A DNA stretch of 64,000 nt from Hydrolagus affinis (lineage: Eukaryota). Positions 50,372 through 62,708 of this stretch are shown here, in pieces. Position 1 is the first letter of the stretch, and each line of letters begins with the position of its first letter. The notes below the pieces were generated by a model that was not told the DNA's origin, searched no databases, and saw only the letters and a list, made by a program, of their open reading frames with translations. The stretch is taken from assembly GCA_012026655.1 (NCBI GenBank), contig JAAILG010000001.1, positions 248,001 through 312,000 of the forward strand, written 5' to 3'. Made by a program: the position numbers and the translations under genes.

Positions 50372-50666
50372 GGAGTCCTTTAGCTCAGCAGTTAGAGCAC
50401 TCGCCTTACAAGTGAGGGATCTGGGTTCAGTTCCAGGCAGGGCAAAACCTTGGACAAGTTTCTTTACTACACATGCCTAATAATAATCCCTAAAAAAAAA
50501 TGTGGTCACTTCAATCCACGACTGTTTGTGCACAATTGGTTGCAGCATTTCGTCCACAAAATATATAGACAATTCTCTTTACAGTGTATTCTGTGAAGCG
50601 TTTTGAGACATCTAGAAGACGTGAAAAGCACTATATCAAATGCAAGGATTATTATTAGTAGTAGTA
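50372..50666 (+). mobile_element. Full-length tRNA-derived Deu SINE
   Basis: ggagtcctttagctcagcagttagagcactcgcc...ctgggttcagttcc...Deu core...gcactatatcaaatgcaagg(att)n. Confidence 0.9.
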
Positions 50667-51769
50667 ATTTGCTTTCAAGTTCAAATCTTCCTCACCATTG
50701 CTGATAATTATCACAACACATAGTACAAATTCCACTTCCCATCCCAATATTTTTTCCATGGTTTGCTTGTCAGACTTATACTGTGAGGTAACTTCATTGA
50801 AAAAGGAACAAAAGTGCTGAAAGATCAAAAGGAAAGAAGAATGAGGAAAATGATTACAGCAGATAGATGGAAATTTAACACAGTTGAAATTCAAACCAGA
50901 AATTCATTCCTGTCAGTATCACGAGATCCTGTCCACATTGAAACTTTATCCCCCAGCATACACTGAACAGAAGTGAAGGGCAAATCCATAAAGCATCTCA
51001 GTTGTGTCAATCAATGTTAAAGCTGTAAACAGCACACTTTTTTTCAGTATGATTTGCACAAAACAGATTGGCACATAGAAACTTGATCCTCTTGAAACCT
51101 CACTTTGGGTATGAAGTTGGGTGTTAGAGGAGGCAGTATTAGTAGACAGATAGAGATCTAAAAGACTAGGAGAGATATGAAATAATGTTCAGCCTTTTTC
51201 CTGCATTCTCCCTTACATGTGAGCGTCAACTAATCAAATTGGTATGGCACTGATGTAATTTTATACAGCTTAAATAAATCCCAGTTTCTTAAACTTTCAA
51301 CAGATACTCTGACATTTATACTGCATCGCTAAAGACACACATCTATCAATTTTTATTCTCAGATTTAATAATCTGCAGAATAAATTTATCAATTCTAAAT
51401 AATGACATACAAAATACAAAAAAGCAGAGGATTAGATTTTCGAAAGATGTTCATCCTCAGGCCGGCACAATTGATTCGGTCTTTGTTTTTCTATATTTCA
51501 TTAAATCGGTTACGTCACAATTTTCTCAGTGATCGTATATTACATTACTTCAAGGGGAATGTAATCTTGCTTAAACCAAGTCAAAATCTCCGATCACAAA
51601 GTCTTCCATTGCAATCCGCATTGCAAACTTTTAAAATTGAATTCTATTTTATTTAAAGGTACTCAACTGGAGTCTTGTGTAAAGTTTTGGGAACCACACC
51701 TTCATAACACTTCAAAAACAATGTAAGACCTCCTTGATTTCAGAATTCAGAACAATTTGAATTTTAAAA

Positions 51770-51900
51770 AATTGAGCAAGACCTGCTTTACTCTGAGAGT
51801 CTTGTAGGATTGTGAAATTCACATGCTCAAAACACTGTTAATATGGAACCAGTGGGAATGTTAAAAGGCCTGTAGATAAATGCTTGGCTAAGAGGATTCA
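51770..51900 (+). mobile_element. CR1 fragment
   Basis: ctttactctgagagtcttgtaggattgtgaaattc...gtagataaatgcttgg resembles the ORF2 end. Confidence 0.45.
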
Positions 51901-52421
51901 TACCACATGAAGTTAGGATGATTTTCAAAATAATTAAGCGGCAAAATCTGAAATTTTCACAGAAATGTTCAGGTATGCAGCCAATGATTTGAGATATTAT
52001 TATCACCAGTGGATGTATGGGTTGTACAGAGAAACAAATTGTACAGATTTGCTCTGTTTGTCATCAAAGAGGGAGCCTAACACCAGTAACCAGCCAAGAG
52101 AGAAGATTGAAAGACTCGCCATCAAACATTATGGGTGTTGGAAACTAATTATATAACTGGAGCAATTAGCTGAGAGAAGATAGTGGAGGAGGTTAAATTA
52201 CCTTCAGTTAGTGCAGCCATTAAGTCAGGATGTTTCCGCGAGCTTGTCATTTTCAGCTTCAGATTTTAACCTAAGCACTTTGCACTGTTGCACAAAGCAA
52301 TTCCTGCAAGTCTGCTGCCCTGACTGTGTCACCAATGCTCATTGTTAATCAAACGTAATTTTGCAAAAACAGCGCAGAAAAAGTATTTAAATCGTAAATC
52401 ATTGTATTATTGTATCATTGC

Positions 52422-52722
52422 GGAGTCCTGTAGCTCAGTGGTTAGAGCACTCACCTTCCAGGCGAGAGACCTGGGTTTGGTTCCAGGCAGGGCGAAACCT
52501 TTGGCAAGTTTCTTTACTCCACACGCCTGATAATAGTCACTCAAAAAAAAAAAAAATTAATCATTTCAATCCATGACTGTTTGTGGGACCCTGCTGTGCG
52601 CAATTAGCTGCCGTGTTTTGCCCACAGTCAAGTCACTTTACAGTATATACTGTGAGGCTTTTTGTGATGGTCTAGAAGACATGGAAAGCAGTGTACCAAA
52701 TGCACAGATTATATTATTATTA
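52422..52722 (+). mobile_element. Full-length tRNA-derived Deu SINE
   Basis: ggagtcctgtagctcagtggttagagcactc...gagacctgggtttggttccaggcagggcgaaacc, then Deu core and tail. Confidence 0.92.
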
Positions 52723-53068
52723 TGGTGCTCAGACACTTTCTCAGCAGTTTATTGTTAAGGTATTTCTTAAATATTTTCACAATATTTTTTGTCCTCAGCT
52801 TTCTATATTCATGTTCTCCTTCAGGTAGAGGGGGCAGAACAGTCCAGTTCACAGCACAGGTACATTCAAAGACACTCTTTGGCAGAGTCGCCAGGGGGTA
52901 CTCATGAACAATTTGCGCAGAGATGACCAGCTGAGATTGTCAAGATTAGTCTCAAAGAGAAGCACAAGTGTGAATATCGCATCAAAATGGGATTTGATCA
53001 CAGGTTTCTACATTGGGGATTCAGACCCTAGTGTTCTAGTTTGTCATAATTTGCATTTCTTTTAAGCA

Positions 53069-53300
53069 GGGCAAATGGATGATGCAGTGAATTGATAAAC
53101 TGTTCTTTCACCTCCAGAACTTAATTCAGATGGATAAAGATTTCTCTCTCTCTCTGTCATCTGTAAGATCAAAACACTTTTAGAAGTTTCAATCCAATTC
53201 CTAATGGGTCTAGCTTATTAAGTAGTGAGACTGTCTCATTTAATGCTGCTGCTTTGTATGTTTGATATTACATTATTCTGCTCTGTATCATCAATATAAA
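53069..53300 (+). mobile_element. Second, more decayed LF-SINE-like copy
   Basis: tggatgatgcagtg...ttctttcacctccagaac...tttcaatccaattcctaatgg aligns with the copy at 11300-11602. Confidence 0.45.
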
Positions 53301-53565
53301 ATCACCCCTTTATGGTGCTGACATATCAAATTAATCCAGAACATTAACCATTGGTGGGAGGGGAAAAAGGAGTTCAAATATATACCGGTAGATTGTATAA
53401 ACCATGTGTAAAGGGATTTTACACAGCTGTCAAATTAAAAGGAGTACAGTTGACAAGGTAACATATTTCACAAACCCATGTTCAGAAAACACAGATAAAG
53501 TCAAACCTGTTGAAGCTATCACCTCCATCAGCAAGTCCATCAGGACGTCCTCCGACAGGAAAAAA

Positions 53566-53965
53566 ACAACAACAGAAAAATTGCACTTGTATAGCGCCTT
53601 TCACGTTGGGAGGCCGTCCCAAGGCACTGGACAGTTATTGTTTCAGACCCGAGCTGAGGTCGGGGATGGGGATGGTGGAGCGAAAGGGGGTGATTTTGGG
53701 TGACCAATGGGACCGCCAAAGAGGAAGGTCTTGAGACAGGAGTTGAAGGAGGCCAGGGAGGGGGCGAGGCGAAGGGACTGCGGGATGGAGTTCCAGAGGT
53801 TGCGAGCAGAGTGGCTGAAGGCTCGCCCGCCAATGGTGGGATGGGTGGGTCAGGGGACATGGAGCAGGCCGGAGCCTACTGAGCGGAGGGGGTGGAAAGG
53901 TTGGTAGGGGTTTCGGAGGTTGCAGATGTAGGGTGGGGTGAGGCTGTGGAGGGCTTTGAATGTGA
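53566..53965 (-). mobile_element. L2 LINE 3' end
   Basis: Tail ttgcacttgtatagcgcctttcac...cccaaggcactg. The body encodes degenerate GGRAFSHSARNLWNSIP and FNSCLKTFL on the minus strand. Confidence 0.88.
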
Positions 53966-53967
53966 CA

Positions 53968-54080
53968 TCTAGAAGATATGCAAAGCTCTATATCAAATGC
54001 AAGGGTTATATTATTATTATGGTGCTCAGACACTTTCTTTGCAGTTTATTATTATACATATTTCTTAAATATTTTCACAA
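53968..54080 (+). repeat. Diverged copy of 52671-52782 (SINE tail plus unique flank)
   Basis: Both read tctagaaga...ttatattattattatggtgctcagacactttct..gcagtttatt...tatttcttaaatattttcacaa. Confidence 0.9.
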
Positions 54081-54896
54081 CATGGTTGCTAAATACAATC
54101 CGTAGAGGAATACAATATTACGGGCAAATTTAGAATTGCGTAGATTTTGACCTCTTAACTTTTCTCTTAAATAGCAGAACTCATGGGTACTTCTCAATTC
54201 TAGATCCATGAGTACTTCTCAAAGGTACAGTGAAATGAATTTCTTTATCAATCTTTTCCCCTTTCTAGTTGAGGTGAAATGGCTCCAGGTGAGCCTTCAC
54301 TTACTGTTGGCCACTCTGAGGAAAGCCATCCATGTGGATCAAGCACCTACTCTTTTCAGCTCCTTCCCGCTGATTAGCTAACTTCCTAATGATTATATGT
54401 CTCACCTTACGTTAGATTTTCCACACCGAGATTTCTCTCCAGTGCACTTTCTCAGCACAAAACCAAAAAGAAACAATAGCTACACTGATATATAACTGTA
54501 TATTTTGGATCCCGAAACATTTGCAGAATTCCCCTGGAGACTCTGTCTCCAGGTTTTAAAATTGTATGTCCCATTTACTCAAGGCCTCCTGACCCACATC
54601 AGTCATATACTTCTACTCAACCCTCAATTGTCACAGAATTCTGAAAAATGCAATCTGCTTCAGCATGTTTTCTCCCAGAATGGCCTATAAAGCCAAACTA
54701 TCAACAGTAGTGTCCTTCAGTTACCCTTGGCATCTATGGATGGTACTATCTGTTCTTTTCGTGACCTATCTGAGGCATTGAAAAGTCTTTGTGCTTCGAA
54801 GTGTGGACCTTCCATATTTTGGATCTGGATAATATGTCAATATTTAATGTGAAAATATTAGTTATTGTTGTGTTGTTGCAAAGCTAGGTTTCTTCT

Positions 54897-54962
54897 ACAA
54901 CAACAACAACAAAATTACATATGTAGATCGCCTTTCACATCGGGAGGATGTCCCAAGGCGCT
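54897..54962 (-). mobile_element. L2 3' tail
   Basis: (caa)n aattacatatgtagatcgcctttcacatcgggaggatgtcccaaggcgct. Confidence 0.8.
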
Positions 54963-55265
54963 GGTATTACCTTCCATTAGCTGATTCTAGTACATATTCC
55001 CAGTACATTGGCAACATCAGTTGGCATTAATCAAGAATGGCAGTATGCAAGTGAGTAAACTTTGCACCTGAGTCCAAAAATATTAACACTCACAAGCTTG
55101 TGTCTAATATTTTTTTTAAACTTAGTGCAGCACTGTATTATTTTCACCTCCTTATTTCTACCTTATCCTTGGCAACCCAAGATGTCCACAATGTGCATTT
55201 CTAAACTTTGGGTATTTATTACTTGGGTCCATTATTTTTTTAAAAATTTTATATCTTTTTTTTAT

Positions 55266-55322
55266 TTGAAATGCCTAGAAGATGTGAAAAGTGCTATATC
55301 AAATGCAAGCATTATAACTATT
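55266..55322 (+). mobile_element. SINE 3' tail
   Basis: ctagaagatgtgaaaagtgctatatcaaatgcaagcatta. Confidence 0.8.
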
Positions 55323-56971
55323 AATGTAAGAACCACAGCTCCAAAGCTGTGAAAACTCTTCTACAGCCTACTATTTTGTCCGAAACTTTAGTGAAACAGT
55401 CTTTTCTCTCCCTTTCAGTTAAGGGAGATATGCTGACAAGTCATCCATTATAAGGTTGATTTTTACTACCTTTACATTCATTCTGCACAAGTATGTTTCT
55501 TGTGTTAACACCATTTGCCTGCAGATTTAATCTGTATTGATATCAGCCAATATTTATTAAATTTAAGGAAATGACCTGCCTGTCAAAGACCTTGCATCTA
55601 AATAACAGATTTTCTGCTATGGTTTGTTGAGCTGCAGAAATTCTGATAAGAAGTTCATTGGTATCTTTCCAGTACCAAGTCTAACCATATAATTGTAAAT
55701 CTTGGATACCATTTTGGTTTATCTCAGCAACCCAAAATAATATGTGTATCAAATAGGAACAACAAATTGCATTTATATAGTGACTTCAGGATACCATCTT
55801 GGAGTGTTGCAAGATTGATGTCTGTTCAAATCCAGCTTCAGAAAAAAAATTGAGCTGTTGCTCTTGCACTACTACTGATGATATATTGTATCCCATAACA
55901 GCAAAGCTAGGGAACTGGAGTGGTAGCTGTGACTTCAGGCAGGTGGAAAAAGGAGAGGTTGGCACTCCTTACATTGGATTCCTGAAAACAACTTGCCACT
56001 TATGATATCATCTGGAGCTGACATGCAAACCAAACTTGAAATGTACCATATACGATTATTAATAAGGAAAGGAGTACATTTCATTCTAGCATAATAAGAA
56101 TCATGAGCTTGTTTTTGTTCCAGTACTTTTTCTTGCAGGTAAACAATTAATTTTGGTAGATATTCAGTCGCTTTATCTTTTACATATAGCGACATTGACA
56201 ATGTTGGTCTCTAATTATAATTGCTCATCATCAAAGTTGCTACACGGAAGACTGACAAGATTTCAGTTCACGGATGTCAAATTTTCCTACTACATTAAAT
56301 TCAACATGTCCATTTGAGCACAGTAGAATAAATTAAGAGTAGTGCTGGGATAGAGGTTAGTTCTATTTTTACTCTCAAAACAAACATAAAGCAGTGCTAG
56401 AACCATTCTCGAAGATAAAGTAGGTTTACTCATCAACAGTACAATTGACAGCATTCTCTCCTTAAAGATGGAACCTGGAGGATCAATGACAAAGTGAAAT
56501 ATATAGCCAGAAAAATCATGGTTTTGAGGCAGGAATGGTGAGATATTCTGTTAAGTGAGTTTGTGCAGCTGTTGCCCCCAATTCTTTTACTCTACACTCT
56601 TTCTACCTGGTTTGAGAAATTCTTGCTAACATTCAGCTGCTCTCACTAACAGCCCTGCCACCAGGTGAAGAACTGCATGCATAAAGTCAATCCTGCAACT
56701 CCATGCTCTACCAAATTGAGAAACAATCCTCTTCCTCAGCTACTTTCATTTTCCTTTAATGCATTCTGTGCTGGATATCTCCTCTTGGAAGCAAACCAGA
56801 GCAAATCTGTATTGATAATGCTGCCATGTTTATAATAATGTTGGCATGTGAATCAAAGTATTGTTCAATACTCAAGTGTTGCTCAATTCACCTCCTCCAA
56901 GTGTTGATAGGAGCAATGCTCCTGCACAATTCAATCCCAATTGACTCAATCCCAATTTGTATACTTTTTTA

Positions 56972-57162
56972 TTGCCTGAAACGGTGGTGGAAGCCGATTG
57001 AATAACAATTTTTCAAGAGAGACGTACAGTAGATAGTTATTTGGGGGTGGGGTACAGGTTTGCAAGGCTGTTGGGAGAGAGTGGGGGAGTGGGATTGATT
57101 TGGGCAGCTCTTTTCAAAGATAGGCCAAGTGGCCTCCTTCTGTGCTGTATAATTCTATGATT
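56972..57162 (+). mobile_element. CR1 LINE 3' end
   Basis: tgcctgaaacggtggtggaagccgatt...ggccaagtggcctccttctgtgctgtataattctatgattc. Confidence 0.8.
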
Positions 57163-57350
57163 CAGTAAATTGGTATAGTAAAAGCAGAAATTATCCGAAA
57201 AACCTGAGTCAATGATTTTCTTAATTCCTTGAGTTCACAGCAGTGATTTACTTCTACAGATATAGGATCAAAAAGATAACCAAAGTTAACCTAATAATTG
57301 GTCGTAGCCAGATAAGGGAGCTGAATTTCCATTTACAAATGCATTGGAAA

Positions 57351-57408
57351 ACAACAACAACAACTTCGATTTATTAGCGCCCTCCACGCCGGACGGTCTC
57401 AGAGCGCT
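57351..57408 (-). mobile_element. L2 3' tail
   Basis: (aac)n ttcgatttattagcgccctccacgccggacggtctcagagcgctt. Confidence 0.7.
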
Positions 57409-58297
57409 TGTTTGCAAAACTATATGCAAACTGTTTGCATATAGATTTTTGGTTACTTCATTACTTCACATGTGTACGCTAATCCAAGTTTGTTCAGCTT
57501 TATAAACTAATGGCATAGACAGATTCCATTAGGATTTAATTTGAAGTCTTGTAAACATTCCACAAATAGGGAGCTCTTTTCAAACATATACTATTTCTCA
57601 GATTTCACTTTACAAAAGGTTTCAAAAATTTTTGATGTTATTGCCATTATTTTTTAACCAAGTATTATTTTAATAATTGGTGTCCATTACAAGATTAATC
57701 TTGAACTTTTTTTAATTCCATAATAAATTTCAGTTCGCAAACATGGCTCTCAGGAGCTATAATGCCAATTAAAAAGCTATCTTTAATATTCAAGTATTTT
57801 GAGAATAGTTTTTTTTTTATTTTATCACATGGTGAATAATGATAAGGAAAGAGTTTAAAACATAACACGATGAATACATCTTGTATGAATATGTTCTTGT
57901 TACCTTTACACATTGTTTTTCTTCCCGTGAGGACATGTCTGTTATTTTTTTTCTGTATACCCTGCTAGATTTGTGAGAGCCTATGTTGGGAACTGAGGGT
58001 AAAAATACACTTCCTAACAATTTTGAGCATATGTAAACAAGCAACTTACTCATCCTTTGCAATTTGTACATTTTACTTTGAGTTCAGCGTTGGAATGTTG
58101 CACTTTATGAATTATCTGCTTCCATTTAGTAGGTCAAATGGCATTTTCCCTGGCCACTGAGCAATGATGGGAATGGGACACAAAGGGCCAATTTCTATAA
58201 TGTAGTTCTAATCTGAATTCTGTTTAGTTATTGGTCACTGTATAGTGGATGGGGAGAACTGGAATGGTAGGCATTTGAGAATTGAGTACATTTATTG

Positions 58298-58330
58298 TGG
58301 TGGGGGTGGGGGGGGGTGGGGGGGGGGAGG
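58298..58330 (+). repeat. Poly-G / G-quadruplex-capable tract
   Basis: Near-pure G tract broken only by single T or A bases (ggtgggggtggg...gggagg). Confidence 0.8.
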
Positions 58331-58759
58331 AAACCCACACCATGATACAGACTGAATTTGTGAACACACAAATCCATTTTTTTTAAAGAATACAAATGTT
58401 CTGGAAAAGATTCAGTTTGTTTGTTTTTTCCCTTAACATTAATTTATCATTCCTGCAAAGCCTAGTATGTTTGTGGTTAAAATAGTTATGCATAATACTG
58501 TTATGGATCTTTACTTGCAATTATTTTTTGACCGAAATTGAATATGTTCACGAGAGAGTTGCATGCAGCCAGAAATAATATATATAGTCCATTCAAAAAT
58601 GAACTAAATGTTTGCTGAATAGATGGCTTCAATATAGCAGAGCCAAAATTCAAACCAAGTAAAATGAAAGGTTGTTCTGCACAGTTTGAAACAGCAGGCT
58701 CTTATTAAAAGTAAAATATAGCTCTTCCAATTACTTGGTGAGTAAAGACAAATATAAAT

Positions 58760-59127
58760 ATAATAACATAATAATCCTTGCATTTGATATAGTAGCTTAT
58801 CATGTCTTTGAGACGTCTCAAAGTGCTTCACAAAATATACTGTAAAGTGAATTGACTGTATATTTTATGGATTGAATGTTGCAACCAATTGCACACAGCT
58901 TTGTCCCACAAAGAGTTGTGGTTTGAGTGATCAAATTATTATTTATTATTTATTTCCTTTTTTTGAAGGGATTATTACCCCCAGAAACCACTGGTAAATT
59001 ACTGCTAGGTAAACCGAGGCGTGTGGAAGAAAGGAAACTTGCCTAACATTTTGTCCTAACTGGAATGCCCAAACCCAGGCTCTCGGACTTGCGAAGCTAG
59101 TGCTCTAACTAATACGCTACAGGACTT
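58760..59127 (-). mobile_element. Full-length Deu SINE, long form
   Basis: Reverse complement: agtcctgtagcgtattagttagagcactagcttcgcaag...ccacacgcctcggtttacctagcagtaa, then Deu core and tail. Confidence 0.88.
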
Positions 59128-60119
59128 TGGTGGAAAATAATATAAATAACATGATACATTAACATGATAACACACACGTTTTCAGGAATGGTGGCCCCAA
59201 GTGATCATGAGTTATATTTGATTAGCATTTTCTCACCATAATGTCATGTAGGGTAGATTGGTTTGAATAAAATGAGACGACCATATATGCACTCATGAAT
59301 TCCTTGTGGCAGTAATTTTGACACACAATATGTTGGGAAGCTCAGTCAATACAATAACTTTGGGTTTCGCTAAGGCCAGAGGGAAAAAAAACTGTTTTGC
59401 AAACATTATAGGTTTTGGAAATAACCTTAAAGAGAAACAGCTGATGAAAAATATTAAAGTTGTGCCAGTTGCTTCTCAAATTGTTGACAATTTGACACGT
59501 TATTTGAGTTAGGTGCCCTCTTTTAATGGGAAATTTCCTTAAAGTCTATGGAAAAATCGATTCAAAATATCTTTGCAATGAGAACTGAGCAATAGGCAAA
59601 GATCAATGCATATAAAGCAGTCTCAATTCAAGAAAATTTGGGGGCTACCTAGGGGAAGAGTGGCTGATTTAAGGCTCACCAATTATATGACCTGAAATAT
59701 TTAGTCCACTGTCATTGATGCAAGTTGACATTTATTCTCAGCTATATAGCTCCTCACAGCAATATGTACCACAGTGTTTTAAACAGAAACACAAGTACTT
59801 AACATTTCCTTCTACAGACTATTCCAATTCAATTCATGAAACCTTTATGTTCCAATTCAAGGAAGCAATTTGTTATTCTTATACTGTTATTGACACCACA
59901 TTGACAGCGAAGAAGAATATCCTTGACATCACCCATTGTATGTACATATAAAAATACATTTGTTTTAGCACCTTTCACCCACTATAGCAATAAATAATTC
60001 AATTTATCAAAATTTTAGATGTAACTAAAGATCACTTTTATTATCTGTAATAAATCCCAAAGTTCCATAAATATAATGTTCCTAATTAGGAAAATAAAAA
60101 TCACAATGGTTTGATGGAC

Positions 60120-60228
60120 AATAATAATAATAATCCTTTAATTTCATATAGCATCTTTGAGATGTCTCAAAATATTTCACAGAATGTACTGTAAAGTGAA
60201 TTGACTGTATATTTTGTGGGTGAAACAA
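60120..60228 (-). mobile_element. SINE 3' tail
   Basis: (aat)n cctt...ttcacagaatgtactgtaaagtgaattgactgtatattttgtgggtgaaac. Confidence 0.85.
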
Positions 60229-60749
60229 ATTAGGTTTGCTCTTCAAGGTTAACTTGGATTGCTTTAACATAGCAGCATTGAAATGGCACAGGAAGGTTGC
60301 AATGATTACTTTGGAAATTTTTACTGAACACCAAATCTGATCACCAAGCATTCTCTGAGTATCATGCTAAGCCTCTGAACAATGGCTCTCACTTGGCCTG
60401 GCTTCCACACAGACTCAACTGATTCACCTGGGGAGCCATACCACTTCCTAGTCTCTTGATCCCTTGTACCCAACAAACAATTTATCTCAGCTGACAAACC
60501 TTCAAGAAACAAAAGCGTTATACACTAAACTTCCACTAGGCACTTTCTAATCAGTGTGTACTACTGCATATTTCAATGTCAGTGTTTAAAAATGCAGGTT
60601 TATTTAATATCTTCAAATAACAGCATGATTAGGAATACTAAGAATGGTACAAGGTAAACCACTATGCAAAGCAGTACTTTGCTTTCAAGTTATAAAAGAA
60701 GCACCTAATTATAATTAGTGTTTCATTTCTAAAATCATAAATAAAGGAA

Positions 60750-60890
60750 AAGCCTTGTTTTTGATATAACTTTCACATTGAAAGAACATCTCAAAGTGCT
60801 TCACGGGATTTACTGTAAATTGTGGGTGCATGTGTGTTTTGTAGGTGAATGCGACAGACAATTTTTGCACAGTAATGCCCCATAAATAAC
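60750..60890 (-). mobile_element. SINE 3' half, degenerate
   Basis: catctcaaagtgcttcacggga...gtaggtgaatgcgacagacaatttttgcacagtaatgcccc. Confidence 0.7.
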
Positions 60891-61059
60891 ACATGAAATA
60901 ATTATTTGCTCTTCAGTTTTAACTTAAAGAGAACATTTAGTAAAATATTTTAAAATGTACAGTATTATCCAAACAAGTCTGTCATTTGAAATAGCAATGG
61001 AGTATGTTCAAACTTTCTCCTGTCTTCTTTCTTCCTCCTATACTTATTTCCATGACTTA

Positions 61060-61162
61060 TAAAATATACAGTCAATCCACTTTACAGTGTATCCTGTGAA
61101 GTGCTTTGAGACAGCTTGATGATGTGATAAGGTGTTATATCAAATCAAAGATTGTTATTATT
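61060..61162 (+). mobile_element. SINE 3' tail
   Basis: aaaatatacagtcaatccactttacagtgtatcctgtgaagtgctttgagac. Confidence 0.85.
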
Positions 61163-61184
61163 TTGGCGGGAATACATTTACAGA

Positions 61185-61440
61185 CGAATTACCAGTCCTC
61201 TAATGTCTCACTCAAATGGTCGTTCTTTGTGTATGTGAGTGAGCCTTGATAGTGAGTGCCGTTGAGTTCTTTGCCTAGGGGGCCTCAGATTCAAGCCTGA
61301 TCCCTGGTTATGCAAACACATTCCAACAGCAGTCAGGATCAAGAGTGGGAACCCTAACTTACTTTGCTCCAATTCCTTAGTCTGTAGATACCGAAGCCAA
61401 TTGTAGAACTGTTGCCCCAGCTAAATTCTGTCAATGTAAC
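61185..61440 (-). mobile_element. Ancient SINE (MamSINE1-like) body
   Basis: cactcaaatggtcgttc...gagccttgatagtgagtg...ggatcaagagtgggaaccct...gccaattgtag...gccccagct; reverse-complement match to 62020-62395. Confidence 0.55.
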
Positions 61441-61445
61441 TACAG

Positions 61446-61558
61446 GTGTATGGGGAAAGGACAGGTAAATGGGCCTGAAAGGATTACTCTTTGGAAGAGC
61501 CAGCACATACATGATGGACTGAATGGTCTTCTGTCTGTAAATTTCTATGGTTCTATGG
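61446..61558 (+). mobile_element. CR1 3' UTR
   Basis: tatggggaaaggacagg...gagccagcacatacatgatggactgaatggtcttctgtctgtaaatttctatggttctatg. Confidence 0.75.
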
Positions 61559-62019
61559 TAAAACAGGCTGGGAATTATACCCCTGACTATCTGGTTTATA
61601 TAGGTCCATGCTATCCTGGGTCATGCCTTTAGCAACTCAGGCATTGGGGAATTAAAAAAAAGTCTTTAAAATCACATTTTAACCACATTCAACATCATGT
61701 TGCTACGGTTACACCTCTGGTGATACTCCTTTGAAAATTTAGCAAGCCAAATTAATGCTAGCATTACAAAATATTTCAGATTTTATCAACTAAAATAAAA
61801 AAAACAAGAGTTCCTTGCTATACAATATTAATATTTTAGACGCAAAGTTACTTAACCGTTTCAGGAGTAGGGCAGCTATGGTTTTACAAACAAAATTTCC
61901 AATGTTTTTTAGTTTAATACAACAAATAATATCAATTAACAATTCTTTCATAAATCTGCATGTTTATTTGAATCTTCTCAAGAGCAGCCATTATTAAAGA
62001 TAAACAAAGGCTTTCTCTT

Positions 62020-62395
62020 GGATTGGTGGATAAATGCATTATGTGGTGTAATGTTGAGCACCAAAGAACAGGAAAGATCTAGTTTTGATCGCTTTTCTCT
62101 GCTGGGTTTGCTGATCTCAGCAATGGGAGCAGAATCATGGGCTCTGAGCTAGGTGGGAAACCAAACACAGTCAGGATTCCTGCCAATGATCTCTATCCAG
62201 TGACCCTTGCAGAAAAGTGCATATGTATGCGGCTTGGCTTTAATACCCATCATGATCAAATAGCCAACTGGCACGCACTGCCTGGAATTACATATCACTG
62301 GGATGAGGTACTGGATAGCAGCTGGAACTTGCGTAACCACACCCTAGCCTCATTCACCATCATCAAAGCGGGAGGAGAGAACAAACTGAGCAAAA
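62020..62395 (+). mobile_element. Ancient tRNA-derived SINE (MamSINE1-like), near full length
   Basis: gtggataaatgc...gagcacc..gaacaggaaaga...tgctgggtttgctgatctcagc...ctatccagtgacccttgc...catgatcaaatagcc. Confidence 0.55.
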
Positions 62396-62636
62396 ATGCC
62401 GGAGAATAATATTTCCAAATGCCATTCTGAAAATCGCTGTATATTATTTGGGCAATGGAACAAACCCTTTGACCATGGACATGGTTAGATGAAATGAGCA
62501 GTTCTCACAAGTAAATTCACTTCTTGTAACCAAACAGAGGATTTAGTTAAGGAAAAATATATTATTCTAGAAGGGAAATGTTTCAATGTAAAGGTCTCCT
62601 TTTCCTTTCGCCTCCACTTCTCCTCAACCCATACCC

Positions 62637-62708
62637 AAAGTGCTTTGAGACTTCCAGAAGACGTGAAAAGTGCTATATCAAATGCAAGTACAGTACCATT
62701 ATCATTAT
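62637..62708 (+). mobile_element. SINE 3' tail
   Basis: aagtgctttgagacttccagaagacgtgaaaagtgctatatcaaatgcaag. Confidence 0.8.

Noticed and set aside
56120-56145. Plus-strand AG|GT recursive-site look-alike (tttttcttgcag|gtaaac)
   Set aside because: No clear branch point, and several similar motifs occur in the window by chance.
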